From Octopus bimaculoides (taxonomy: Eukaryota): a stretch of 44,162 nt of DNA. Under the pieces are notes generated by a model. That model had not been told where the DNA came from, did not search any database, and saw only the letters and a list, made by a program, of their open reading frames with translations. The position numbers and the translations under genes were made by a program. Every line of letters starts with the position of its first letter. Position 1 is the stretch's first letter. Below, one piece after another: positions 24,277-35,800 of the stretch. The stretch spans positions 13,040,672 through 13,084,833 of the forward strand of contig NC_068999.1 in the NCBI RefSeq assembly GCF_001194135.2, in the 5' to 3' direction.

Positions 24277-24277
<1 letters not shown>
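23957..24277 (-). mobile_element. Hammerhead-bearing retroelement-like repeat, copy 2, with a B-box remnant
   Basis: Minus-strand order: GTTCGATTCC B-box (24270-24261), (AAT)n(AAC)n (24247-24140), linker, hammerhead (24091-24046), tail with TGTAAATAA repeats. Homologous to 3475-3766. Confidence 0.85.
24046..24091 (-). ncRNA. Minimal type I hammerhead ribozyme (Penelope-like architecture), copy 2, one core substitution
   Basis: Minus strand reads GACAC-CCGAUGA-A-GGCUG-GAGGAAAUAU-CAGCC-GAAAC-GUU|GUGUU. Stem I GACAC/GUGUU, perfect stem II GGCUG/CAGCC, intact GAAAC, palindromic AACGUU at stem III. The only core defect is CCGAUGA for CUGAUGA. Confidence 0.78.
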
Positions 24278-24309
<32 letters not shown>

Positions 24310-26692
24310 CATATATATATATATNNNNNNNNNNNNNNNNNNNNNNNNNNNNNNNNNNNNNNNNNNNNNNNNNNNNNNNNNNNNNNNNNNNNNNNNNNNN
24401 NNNNNNNNNNNNNNNNNNNNNNNNNNNNNNNNNNNNNNNNNNNNNNNNNNNNNNNNNNNNNNNNNNNNNNNNNNNNNNNNNNNNNNNNNNNNNNNNNNNN
24501 NNNNNNNNNNNNNNNNNNNNNNNNNNNNNNNNNNNNNNNNNNNNNNNNNNNNNNNNNNNNNNNNNNNNNNNNNNNNNNNNNNNNNNNNNNNNNNNNNNNN
24601 NNNNNNNNNNNNNNNNNNNNNNNNNNNNNNNNNNNNNNNNNNNNNNNNNNNNNNNNNNNNNNNNNNNNNNNNNNNNNNNNNNNNNNNNNNNNNNNNNNNN
24701 NNNNNNNNNNNNNNNNNNNNNNNNNNNNNNNNNNNNNNNNNNNNNNNNNNNNNNNNNNNNNNNNNNNNNNNNNNNNNNNNNNNNNNNNNNNNNNNNNNNN
24801 NNNNNNNNNNNNNNNNNNNNNNNNNNNNNNNNNNNNNNNNNNNNNNNNNNNNNNNNNNNNNNNNNNNNNNNNNNNNNNNNNNNNNNNNNNNNNNNNNNNN
24901 NNNNNNNNNNNNNNNNNNNNNNNNNNNNNNNNNNNNNNNNNNNNNNNNNNNNNNNNNNNNNNNNNNNNNNNNNNNNNNNNNNNNNNNATATATATATATA
25001 TATATATATATAGCGAGAGAGAGGGACAGAGAGAGGGATAGAGAAACAGGGAGAGGGTGACGGAGAAAGAGAGAGTTGTAGAGAGAAGTTTTGCATCTAT
25101 TCATATCTATATATGTGATGTTGTATGCCCAAGTTTCAGGGTGTTGCACTCAAGATCACTTTATTGTGGGTTTGTTGGACGGGACGACGGGGCGTTGTTT
25201 CCTTGAGGAATAAAATCCATTGTATGCAGCTGTAAACGGGTAAACGTATGAACGACTAGCCTTCCGTTCAGGTGGAACGTATTCCTGCTAGTGTGGCCAG
25301 TGGCGCCGTTTGATTTGAAATGTAGACCTCTGAGAATTCCATTGTGTCTAATGGCGTATATCAACATCCGTTAATGCACACACAACTTGAAATTTGCATA
25401 AGGAATTATTTGCATTTAATAAATTCTTGGAAAGCCATTGGAATAATGTTTTATAGCTTACATTTTTATAGATAACATTTTTATGCTTAACTCAGGCTTT
25501 CATTATTATTTTAAAAGATCGACACTTTAATTAATTAATTTGTTTCTAATCCTTAAATCGATTCAGAGAAATAAATAAAAATATCGTGGAAATATAATCT
25601 TCAAATCTCTTTTGATAGAAAATATAGATGGATAGCTGTTAGACGCGACCCCAATTCTTCCTTAAATATGACAAAAATTTCTCCCAGTACAGCAAATCAA
25701 TTTGAATCTATCAATCTATTTTAGAAATGTCTGTGCACGTACAAATGCGCAATTCTTTCTTCTAATACTGCAAAGTATATGCATACGAATGTATACAATA
25801 TCACAATACATATTCATAAATTCTCAGAAATATAAATATGCACATGTCAATATGTATACGAAATGCTCTAAGAAATTAAACCTTTCTTACATTTATAAAG
25901 CATATATAATAATGTATGAATAATGAAGACCTATAAAATGCACCAAAATCAAAGAGAATTGATATAGAACACTTGCATAACAAATATAAACAGGTGTGAA
26001 ATCTGACGAAAATTGATCGACAATATTTATTTTGAATCATGATGAGGCACGACTGAAATGTAAAATAAACAAAAGTTATTCCAGGAAGACAGCAAACCTG
26101 TTTGAAAGCAACACCTTCCTAAATGATAAAGTATTCCGCTCTATATCATATAGCTATACATGTATTGATTCAGAAACAAGATACGTCTAGTTGATGATTG
26201 TTGTGAAATTACATATGCTAGCCCAGTATTCCAACGTCTAGAAAGGTCTGGATGATTTATGTCAAACATGATGATCTAACAGAAGGTTACAATCGCGGTC
26301 CACAATCTTTTAACCGAGGCATAATATCTTAGGGCCTTGAGATATTATTGACACAGTCGATTGATGATGAAACATGATATAATAAATAGGGTATCTCAAA
26401 ATAATAGGTAGAATAATTGTGATTATGTAACATGATTATATGAAAATATATGCAAACATGTCACAGATGAATAAATATTCTTATGAACAGTCGTAGGAGG
26501 AAAATAAGCTTTTGAACAGATAATATATGCACCAAACCAAAAGCAATAATTCTTCTAAGATACGTACTATCTCGTGTTAGCTTACTTTCATTTATCAATC
26601 TCTCTAACTATAGAACTAAAAAGAAAAATCCTTGTCTCACAACTGTTCCTCTCTTCGTCGCGCGCTCTCTTCTTGGTGTACACAGACAGACA

Positions 26693-26696
<4 letters not shown>

Positions 26697-26725
<29 letters not shown>

Positions 26726-27052
26726 NNNNNNNNNNNNNNNNNNNNNNNNNNNNNNNNNNNNNNNNNNNNNNNNNNNNNNNNNNNNNNNNNNNNNNNNNNN
26801 NNNNNNNNNNNNNNNNNNNNNNNNNNNNNNNNNNNNNNNNNNNNNNNNNNNNNNNNNNNNNNNNNNNNNNNNNNNNNNNNNNNNNNNNNNNNNNNNNNNN
26901 NNNNNNNNNNNNNNNNNNNNNNNNNNNNNNNNNNNNNNNNNNNNNNNNNNNNNNNNNNNNNNNNNNNNNNNNNNNNNNNNNNNNNNNNNNNNNNNNNNNN
27001 NNNNNNNNNNNNNNNNNNNNNNNNNNNNNNNNNNNNNNNNNNNNNNNNNNNN

Positions 27053-27111
<59 letters not shown>

Positions 27112-27118
27112 ATATGTA

Positions 27119-27145
<27 letters not shown>
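26697..27145. repeat. (TA)n spanning an N-gap, then (TG)n
   Basis: TA runs on both sides of gap 26726-27052. Confidence 0.88.
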
Positions 27146-27154
<9 letters not shown>

Positions 27155-27868
27155 TGTATCTCCCTTTCTCACTCTCTCTCTACACACACATACACACACG
27201 CACATACGTATATAAAGAGACAGGAGAGAGTCAGCAGATCAGATTCAGGGAAGTTCAATACAGAAAATATTAAACGGCGCTGAAATATTTTTATCTTACA
27301 CACCGAAATCATTAGGGAGGACTAACTACGGGGAACAGAGGCCGTATTAAAGGAATCTTTATTTGCATTATTATCTCTTTTTCCGTCTTTGTCTTTCTCT
27401 ATATATATCACCCTCACTCTCCTTCACTCTCACGCCCTCTCTATGTGTGTTTGGGTGAGGAAGTGTATTAATGAGGACACGCCTCACTCCAAAATTTCGC
27501 AACACTTCGATGTTGGTCGTAAATATATTCTATGTCCATTTATAGGATCCACTTTACTTTTCGCAGGAAGCATCTCAATCCGACCTCAGTTAAAATCGAT
27601 TTTATCGCATATTCGTAATCTCAATGTCTATCAGTCAACGCTTTACATATAGCTATATCAACCGAAGTTTCAAAGTCAAAAGTTCGAGAGGTTATAGCAT
27701 AGGATTTTCAGGCGATATTTTCAAAATATCATTGAATCTGAAATGTATATTCAGAATATATTTTGCCCAAAACAAATGTCAATAATGTAATATAATATAC
27801 TCATAAGCTCTAAAAGTGTTATACCTGTTTGGCATATTGTTATAGACAGCCTAATATACTGGACTGAA

Positions 27869-28047
27869 ATTATGGTACGGACTTGCAATTTCGGGAGAGG
27901 GGTAAATCTGTTTCATCTATCCCACTGCTCTGATGGTAATTTAATGATGCCCTAAGAAAAGCAAAGTCCACCTCGGCAGAATTAGAACTCAGCAGGAAAA
28001 AAAACGGACATAATGCCGCTAAGCATTAAATCCCGACATGCAAAATG
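27869..28047 (-). mobile_element. SINE family A, diverged reverse-strand copy
   Basis: gcaaagtccacctcggcagaattagaactcag...acggacataatgccgctaagcatt is the reverse complement of the family A head and body. Confidence 0.78.
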
Positions 28048-28234
28048 GTTAAAGGCGTTATGTGTCCTGATATATTAGCAGAATTTATATTCATTTGATT
28101 ATTGTACTGAATCTGAAATGTTTGCATTTATTTTCTGCGTATATAAAAGAGAAAAAAAAACCCTTCGGAATACCACCTAGAAGTTTGTCACCGATGCACA
28201 AGTCCGGGCAATGATACTGACAGAAGACAAGCAG

Positions 28235-28397
28235 TCACCCATGCATACTAGCATATCAGCCTCCCCTTTACTCACCGCCAATGTTAACTAAAGGAAAAGG
28301 AAAACGACGATACAGTTTTGTACCAGTGGCGGCGCCGCTCATTTCTACAGCTGAGTGAACTGAAGCAACGTGAAATAAAATGCCTTGTTCAAGAACA
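28235..28397 (-). mobile_element. SINE family C fragment, head truncated
   Basis: Minus strand TGTTCTTGAACAAGGCATTTTATTTCACGTTGCTTCAGTTCACTCAGCTGTAGAAATGAG resembles the post-B-box GTGTCCTTGAGCAAGACAC motif of tRNA-derived SINEs and an octopus repeat as I recall it. Single copy here, so no internal confirmation. Confidence 0.55.
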
Positions 28398-28398
28398 T

Positions 28399-28577
28399 TT
28401 TAGCAGGATTTCGTCCGGTTTTACCTTATCAGTTCCAATACGGCCAAGATCGAATTTTGCTGATATCGTTTCGTGGTGGATAAAATAAGGGCAGCCGAGT
28501 ACGAGTGTCGATGTAATCGAGTAGCACCCTTCCTAACCTCTCTGCCATTGTGCCTACAGTAGATAGGATTATTATCG
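28399..28577 (+). mobile_element. SINE family A, 5'-truncated diverged copy
   Basis: ttagcaggatttcgtccg...agttccaat...gatcgaattttgc...ggataaaataag...gtcgatgtaatcgagt...ttgtgcctacagtagataggattatt is colinear with 6240-6407. Confidence 0.75.
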
Positions 28578-28589
28578 TTGTTTTTGTTG

Positions 28590-28685
28590 TTGCTATTGTT
28601 GCTGCTGCCTGTTGTTGTTGTTGTTGTTGCTGTAGCTGCTGCAACATTTGTTGTTGTAGTAGCTGCTGCTGCTGTTGCTGTTGTT
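28590..28685. repeat. (TGT/TGC)n compound microsatellite
   Basis: Directly visible; explains the poly-Gln and poly-Val ORFs. Confidence 0.9.
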
Positions 28686-30101
28686 GATGCTAACTGCTTG
28701 TCTTTGCAAATACCACTTTATAATTGTGCAATTCTGCAAGAATTAATTATTACATATATTATAATTGCTTCCATCTTCCGAGTATTTATAACATTGTGTG
28801 AAGTATTTAATCGTTTCAGAATTCTACGATACGGCTCTCTTTTACATGCAACAGAAATGGTGAAGCGTTTGCTCTTCTAATCTATGCTAAGTTTTCACCC
28901 TCGCTTCATTTCCCTCTGGCAAGAGCAGCTCTGTACTTCATGACTTTTCCTCCTGTATTAAAGTTTCCCAGATATATCACTGGAGGAGTCTAATGTAGAG
29001 CAAGATAGTTCGAATCATTCAATCGTAATTTAAAGTAGCTAACAATAGTACAGAATGGTGGAATGTTTCCACAAATTTGCTCTGTTTATTGTGTATATGT
29101 AAATGTCGTTTCATAGAATAAGGGCGTTACCATGTTATACATCCAGTAGAAATATACTACCACAAATGAATAGCTAACCATGACATATGTGCAAGTTAGA
29201 AACTATTCAAAACATCAGCTGCCATCAACAACGTGGAGGATCCTTAGATTGATTTTTGATTTTGTGATTATGGTGGAATACTTACCGAGACATAATATTC
29301 GCACCATCATTTTGAAACAACTCTGACGTCAACACAGATTGCATTCGTGAACTCTTTCGTGGCCTTACCACCAAAGCTCATCACATTTTACGAATGTGAA
29401 GTAGCTTTAGTTAAATCACGTCGGTGAGAATCTGTCAGAAAATAGTATTAGAATATTTGAGCAGAGCCGCAGCATTGATACTTGGAACAAATCGAGGCAG
29501 TTTTACTCAAGATACCTATATCAATCATTTTTGATGGTTTCAAGTGCCAAGAGCTAAATTGTGAGTAGTAAACAATAAATGAATGCTTTAGGGATAATAA
29601 TTAATCACACCGATTGTTATTTCAATGATAAAGTGATGAAAATATTTCAAGGAATTATCACTCATACTTCCAAATCATGGAAGTCTTCTGTGGTGTGTAT
29701 TAATGTTAGCTAAGATTGATAATCTATTTTCTACATTCTACAAAACTGGAGAACTTAAAACATAACGTAAAATGGAAGACCCAGTTAAAATTAATTAATT
29801 GCTTTAAAATTATATATTCAATCAATGCTTTATATATATATATATATATATATATGGATGTAATAAACAGTTTGATTCAAATTCGTTCGCACACATGAGT
29901 TTCAAGTACGATACTAGTTTTCAGCTATTTTGAATTTGAAGTAGCTGACGACTAGCATCTCGCTTGACACTCAAGTGTACCAACTAATGTGAATCAAACT
30001 GTTTTGACCCATACATTTAACTCCACATATATTTTTCAGTGCCCTTCATTCGCTTCTTCGTTTCTCCACTCACTCGTATATATAAATGAGTNNNNNNNNN
30101 N

Positions 30102-30610
30102 AAATCCATCGTTATTATTGAAAGTCTTATCATTCAAAGGATTTTGCAAACATGTTCATCTGATGACGCAACGTGAGGATTATATAGTGGATGTGACATC
30201 ACTTCCCAACCAAGCTTCAATAAATGATGTGTTATTACATGCATGTGCGGTGTAGTGTTGTCATGCTGGAAAACAGTTCCTTTACGTTTCATTAGTTGTT
30301 GACAGTGAACATCTGAATTGATCGTTTGGTTCCTTGCAAACAGCTTAAAATACACAACACCTTTATAATCCTACCAAATTGGGAGCATGAACTTGTTTTG
30401 ATGCAACTCAGCATTCGATATGGATTGTGCTTATTCATTATGCTCGGACCATGATCGTTTTCCATTGTTGTTATCGTTGACAATCGAGTTTTCATCACCA
30501 GTGATAATTCATTTTTTTTTTTAAATGTTGATTTCATGGTATTTAAGACGCATATTGTAAATATTGATTGGTTTTGTTAAGTGAATTTCTTTCATTTTAT
30601 GTGGAAACGA
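30102..30610 (-). pseudogene. Decayed mariner (Tc1/mariner, D,D34D-type) transposase fragment
   Basis: One frame 30610->30134 with four internal stops: SFPHKMKEIHLTKPINIYNMRLK...IITGDENSIV...KRSW...ELHQNKFMLPIW*DYKGVVYFKLFARNQTINSDVHCQQLMK|RKGTVFQHDNTTPH...LLKLGWEVMSHPLYNPHVASSDEH, then a frameshift to LQNPLNDKTFNN. It retains all three catalytic Asp (TGDE, QHDN, SSDEH) and degenerate WVPHEL (SFPHKM) and YSPDL (YNPHV) motifs. Confidence 0.93.
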
Positions 30611-31099
30611 AATACATTTTAAGTAATTTTTAAATGTTCTCTGTTATACATTTAATCCCTCTGCACTCTCTTGCACAGTTATATGACAATCAAGTTCAAT
30701 TACCGCTTTCAATCGCTCATTATCAACTTCAGTAGGTAGGCGAGATCGTTAGACAGCTTCGAATGAGAATTCTCCAGAATGGAAGTTTTGACACCATATA
30801 TGATACGTGCATTCTGCTAAGCAATCATCACCATCAACTTCATATATTTCATAGTGAGCCTCAGCAGCGGAAAAAAAAAAGCGAAATATGGCTAAAATAT
30901 TCGTTTTGCACTCCATGTTAATACTGACATTGAACTAACAGCTGTAAACACAATTATGAGCAATTTGTTTCTAAATTAAGTCAGAAGTAACGGCTATCAA
31001 ATGTCAATAGGAAAAGAATCATAAAGTTGAAAAAAGTCATTCCAAAAAATTGTACCTGTATGTATATTGGAAAAAAGAAATTGCTTTCTCGACAACGTA

Positions 31100-31100
<1 letters not shown>

Positions 31101-31145
<45 letters not shown>

Positions 31146-31182
31146 CACACACACACACACACATATATGTGTGTGTGTGTGG
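31101..31182. repeat. (CA)n followed by (TG)n
   Basis: Directly visible. Confidence 0.9.
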
Positions 31183-32289
31183 GGGTGTTTGTGTCTGTTT
31201 GTGCGTGTGTGTACAGAGAGAAGTAGAAAGACAGAGAGACAGAAATATATATATAACTACGTAACATCAATGTGAAAACACACATATCACTGAATAATAT
31301 AGATTCACTATTCAAATGGCAGAAAAGCACACATGATATTGGTTTTCAGATTTCCGTAATTGGGTCTAATTGAGTTATTATTCATGTTTTCTATTTAGAC
31401 AAATAATTACACTCATCAAATATTTATTTTTGCTTATTCTTTCACATAGTTTTTGATCAACATACGACATTACATATCTAATAAAAATGTATTTCTCTTA
31501 TACTATTTTGTATAAATCGATCGCTGATTGTTTCAATATCAGGCACCACATATATAATGAAAACATATCAATGGAATACAGAACATTAGATACGAAGGAG
31601 GCCAAAAACAGACAGGCGAGATAATTTAGAAAAATATCCTTTTAATTACTCTCCACAATTGTTTCTAAGTCGAACATGGCAATTACAGAGATAAGGCATC
31701 ATTCTAGACACCATTATTAGCTAAAGAAAATAAATGCGACAGCACATATAACGAAACCTATGAAACACAGACACATACATAACTATGTAAAGATATATAC
31801 GGAATACTAATCTGTCTCTTCCTTAGCTTCTTATCTTCCCAACAAATTGTTACAGGCGTATACGTCGATATTTTACGAAGAAAATCTCCTAAATACATAC
31901 AGCAGATGCTGATGAAATTATAAATTATCTTTATATTTCTGTCTATGTATGTAACAAATAAATTTATTGCGTTGTAATTTAACTATTTCTCTACACAGAA
32001 TACATGGAAGCCTAAATATTGAACGATATATGGCATCGTTCAAAGCTACAGATCTTTGATTAAATAGTCAGATTCCAAATATTTCATGAATGCAATGTTG
32101 TTGATATAATGCATGACAAATTTCATTCCTCCGAACTCTGCTTAACTGAAGATTAAGAATTAAAATAAATGAATGATATAATATATTGATGCATTATTAT
32201 AGAAATAGATAAACTTTGCTATCATTCTGCTTTTAGACCATCGTATTTGTTACATACATATGTTTATTTTGCTCTCCCTAACTCTCAAT

Positions 32290-32320
32290 TTCTCTCTCTT
32301 TCTCTCTCTCTCTCTCGCTC

Positions 32321-32353
<33 letters not shown>

Positions 32354-32363
32354 TTATCTATAC
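32290..32363. repeat. (TC)n-(TCTA)n compound microsatellite next to an N-gap
   Basis: Directly visible. Confidence 0.9.
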
Positions 32364-34912
32364 NNNNNNNNNNNNNNNNNNNNNNNNNNNNNNNNNNNNN
32401 NNNNNNNNNNNNNNNNNNNNNNNNNNNNNNNNNNNNNNNNNNNNNNNNNNNNNNNNNNNNNNNNNNNNNNNNNNNNNNNNNNNNNNNNNNNNNNNNNNNN
32501 NNNNNNNNNNNNNNNNNNNNNNNNNNNNNNNNNNNNNNNNNNNNNNNNNNNNNNNNNNNNNNNNNNNNNNNNNNNNNTACATATATATATACATTTCTAT
32601 ATATCCGTGCCTCTATTCATCTATCTGTCTGCATACGCAAACAGGCACATACATATATGAATATAGATAGATTGTGAGTCAGATAGAAAAAAAATAGCAT
32701 AGACAATCAAACCCACAAACACGAACAAACGCACGAAGAACACACATACACACGAACCGACACACACACACATCGTCCTCGTGGCCGTTGCTGCTGGATT
32801 TGTCTCGTATTCGAGAATATATTCTCTTCTTTGCTGAACGCTTCCTTTCTATGTGAAGCGGTTGATGACTCTTTAAACTAATGGCATGGATTTGTTTAAG
32901 GTGGATCTGAACGTGCAAGGAAGTAACACTCACGCTTATTCTCAAGACATTCCTCTTCGGCATATATAGGATCCAGTTATGAAACTTCAAACACCAAAAT
33001 CGGTAACAGGTGAACAAGCGAAATATTACTACAGCAGATCTCAACGTCTGAAACAGCGGATAAAGGGAGCCCCTCGAGACGGACATGCAACAGAAAACTC
33101 CACTCAAAGCTATAACCGGATTAGCAGCACACGCACATTTGTATATCATTATTCGTTATAAAATTTCCCGTTACTGTACCTACATACACACATATGTATA
33201 AAGGTATGTGTGTAGTTTATTGAAACATTTAGTTATACATTTATATATGTGAAAACGCTACGTACGCGCGTTTGTACTGATCCATGAGCGAGTGATGTTG
33301 TACACAAACGCACATATATTTATGTGTGTGTAAGTCTTCACGTGTATGTAAGTGTGTGTGTGTGTTTATAATCTGCACAATAAAATTTACATATGAAGAC
33401 TACTTGAGACGTTTCGGTAACTAATCTTTAATCGAAATGTACCTTCATTAAACATGATAGCTAACGGAAGATCATGGATGCGGTGAAACTTGGAAATAAA
33501 AAGCAAGAACTGGAAAACAACAAACAGGATGAATGTCGTATATCATCTGCAATTATATTATAATACCGAACTGTAGTAGAAAAAAATATTTGTTAATCAA
33601 TATTTACCACAAGAACAGCAGCATCGTACGTGAAGGCCTAGATTACATGATTCCAGCTATATCNNNNNNNNNNNNNNNNNNNNNNNNNNNNNNNNNNNNN
33701 NNNNNNNNNNNNNNNNNNNNNNNNNNNNNNNNNNNNNNNNNNNNNNNNNNNNNNNNNNNNNNNNNNNNNNNNNNNNNNNNNNNNNNNNNNNNNNNNNNNN
33801 NNNNNNNNNNNNNNNNNNNNNNNNNNNNNNNNNNNNNNNNNNNNNNNNNNNNNNNNNNNNNNNNNNNNNNNNNNNNNNNNNNNNNNNNNNNNNNNNNNNN
33901 NNNNNNNNNNNNNNNNNNNNNNNNNNNNNNNNNNNNNNNNNNNNNNNNNNNNNNNNNNNNNNNNNNNNNNNNNNNNNNNNNNNNNNNNNNNNNNNNNNNN
34001 NNNNNNNNNNNNNNNNNNNNNNNNNNNNNNNNNNNNNNNNNNNNNNNNNNNNNNNNNNNNNNNNNNNNNNNNNNNNNNNNNNNNNNNNNNNNNNNNNNNN
34101 NNNNNNNNNNNNNNNNNNNNNNNNNNNNNNNNNNNNNNNNNNNNNNNNNNNNNNNNNNNNNNNNNNNNNNNNNNNNNNNNNNNNNNNNNNNNNNNNNNNN
34201 NNNNNNNNNNNNNNNNNNNNNNNNNNNNNNNNNNNNNNNNNNNNNNNNNNNNNNNNNNNNNNNNNNNNNNNNNNNNNNNNNNNNNNNNNNNNNNNNNNNN
34301 NNNNNNNNNNNNNNNNNNNNNNNNNNNNNNNNNNNNNNNNNNNNNNNNNNNNNNNNNNNNNNNNNNNNNNNNNNNNNNNNNNNNNNNNNNNNNNNNNNNN
34401 NNNNNNNNNNNNNNNNNNNNNNNNNNNNNNNNNNNNNNNNNNNNNNNNNNNNNNNNNNNNNNNNNNNNNNNNNNNNNNNNNNNNNNNNNNNNNNNNNNNN
34501 NNNNNNNNNNNNNNNNNNNNNNNNNNNNNNNNNNNNNNNNNNNNNNNNNNNNNNNNNNNNNNNNNNNNNNNNNNNNNNNNNNNNNNNNNNNNNNNNNNNN
34601 NNNNNNNNNNNNNNNNNNNNNNNNNNNNNNNNNNNNNNNNNNNNNNNNNNNNNNNACGACATGAAACATATTGGGTTAATATTATGGAAACTCCACTTTC
34701 ATACAGTTTCAATAACAAATAAATAAATGTTTATTATGTTCACTGTAATGATATAACATTTATTGAAATCGTTTTCAAAAGTACTTTAATATATTTCAAT
34801 ACTGTATAATTCTATTACGCCACTGATTTAAAACCATGTACCTACCTACTTATCTATCTAAAGACACTTACCTGGAAAAGATATACAGACTTACACATAG
34901 GCAGACACATGT

Positions 34913-34952
<40 letters not shown>

Positions 34953-35327
34953 TTACACAGACATGACGTGGTTTAGAAATTATGGGGTGTAATTTCCTTA
35001 AAACTTTCAAAGAGTTAATATCTGGATACGTTGTTATAAATGACTACAAAAAATGCCAAATATGATACGATAAAACGGAATATGTCTATGTAATGTCACA
35101 TGTATATACATATAAACGTACATAGAAGGAATTAAAATGACCCGGTATGAGAGGGAGTTCAAGGCTACTGGATCAAAGGATTTGCTTGATGTCATGAACG
35201 AATACCTGCACAGCTCAACACCTTGTTAAATGCCGACCAAGTAACAACAGAGTAGTTAAACATGAGTAGGTCAATACTGTGCTTGAAAACATCGAACCAG
35301 GCAATACGGCAGACAATACGGTAATTT

Positions 35328-35800
35328 GTATAAAAGATGGCTGAAGTAGATATTCGGCTCAGTAGCACAGATTTGCTTGTCACTTGCCTGACCTTAACTA
35401 GTAAAGCATGCTCCTCAGTGGCTGACGATATGTGTATCTCTTATCATGAACATAATTATTGGGGAAGCACCACAGCCATGTGATGAAAGGCATCCTTTAG
35501 GGTTCGGATAATTCTCCTTTGGAAAAATAGGTGTTTCGTTCAACATCCTTAAACAACACTTATTCCGAGAACTTTTGTGAAGGATGGGCTTACTCGAAGT
35601 GAAGAAAATTTAATTGAACCACACCAGCAATTTAACACGCGCTGCTTTTCTTGATATGATATTACCATGTCGCGCACATGTTGTTGTGATTCATCTGCTT
35701 GATGTAACCTTATCAGGCGTGTAGCCATGATGGACATACTGGGCTATGTATATTTTACCTCAGTTTCACTTTCATGATAATAATGATAATGATAATAATA
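35328..35800 (+). mobile_element. Interspersed repeat family D, copy 2, with (ATA/ATG)n tail
   Basis: Colinear homology with 14237-14691, with small indels. Confidence 0.8.

Noticed and set aside
31600-31720. Minus-strand GAAACAATTGT resembling the 3' half of another Penelope-type hammerhead
   Set aside because: There is no CUGAnGA core or stem II upstream, and the would-be triplet is GUG, which is not cleavable.
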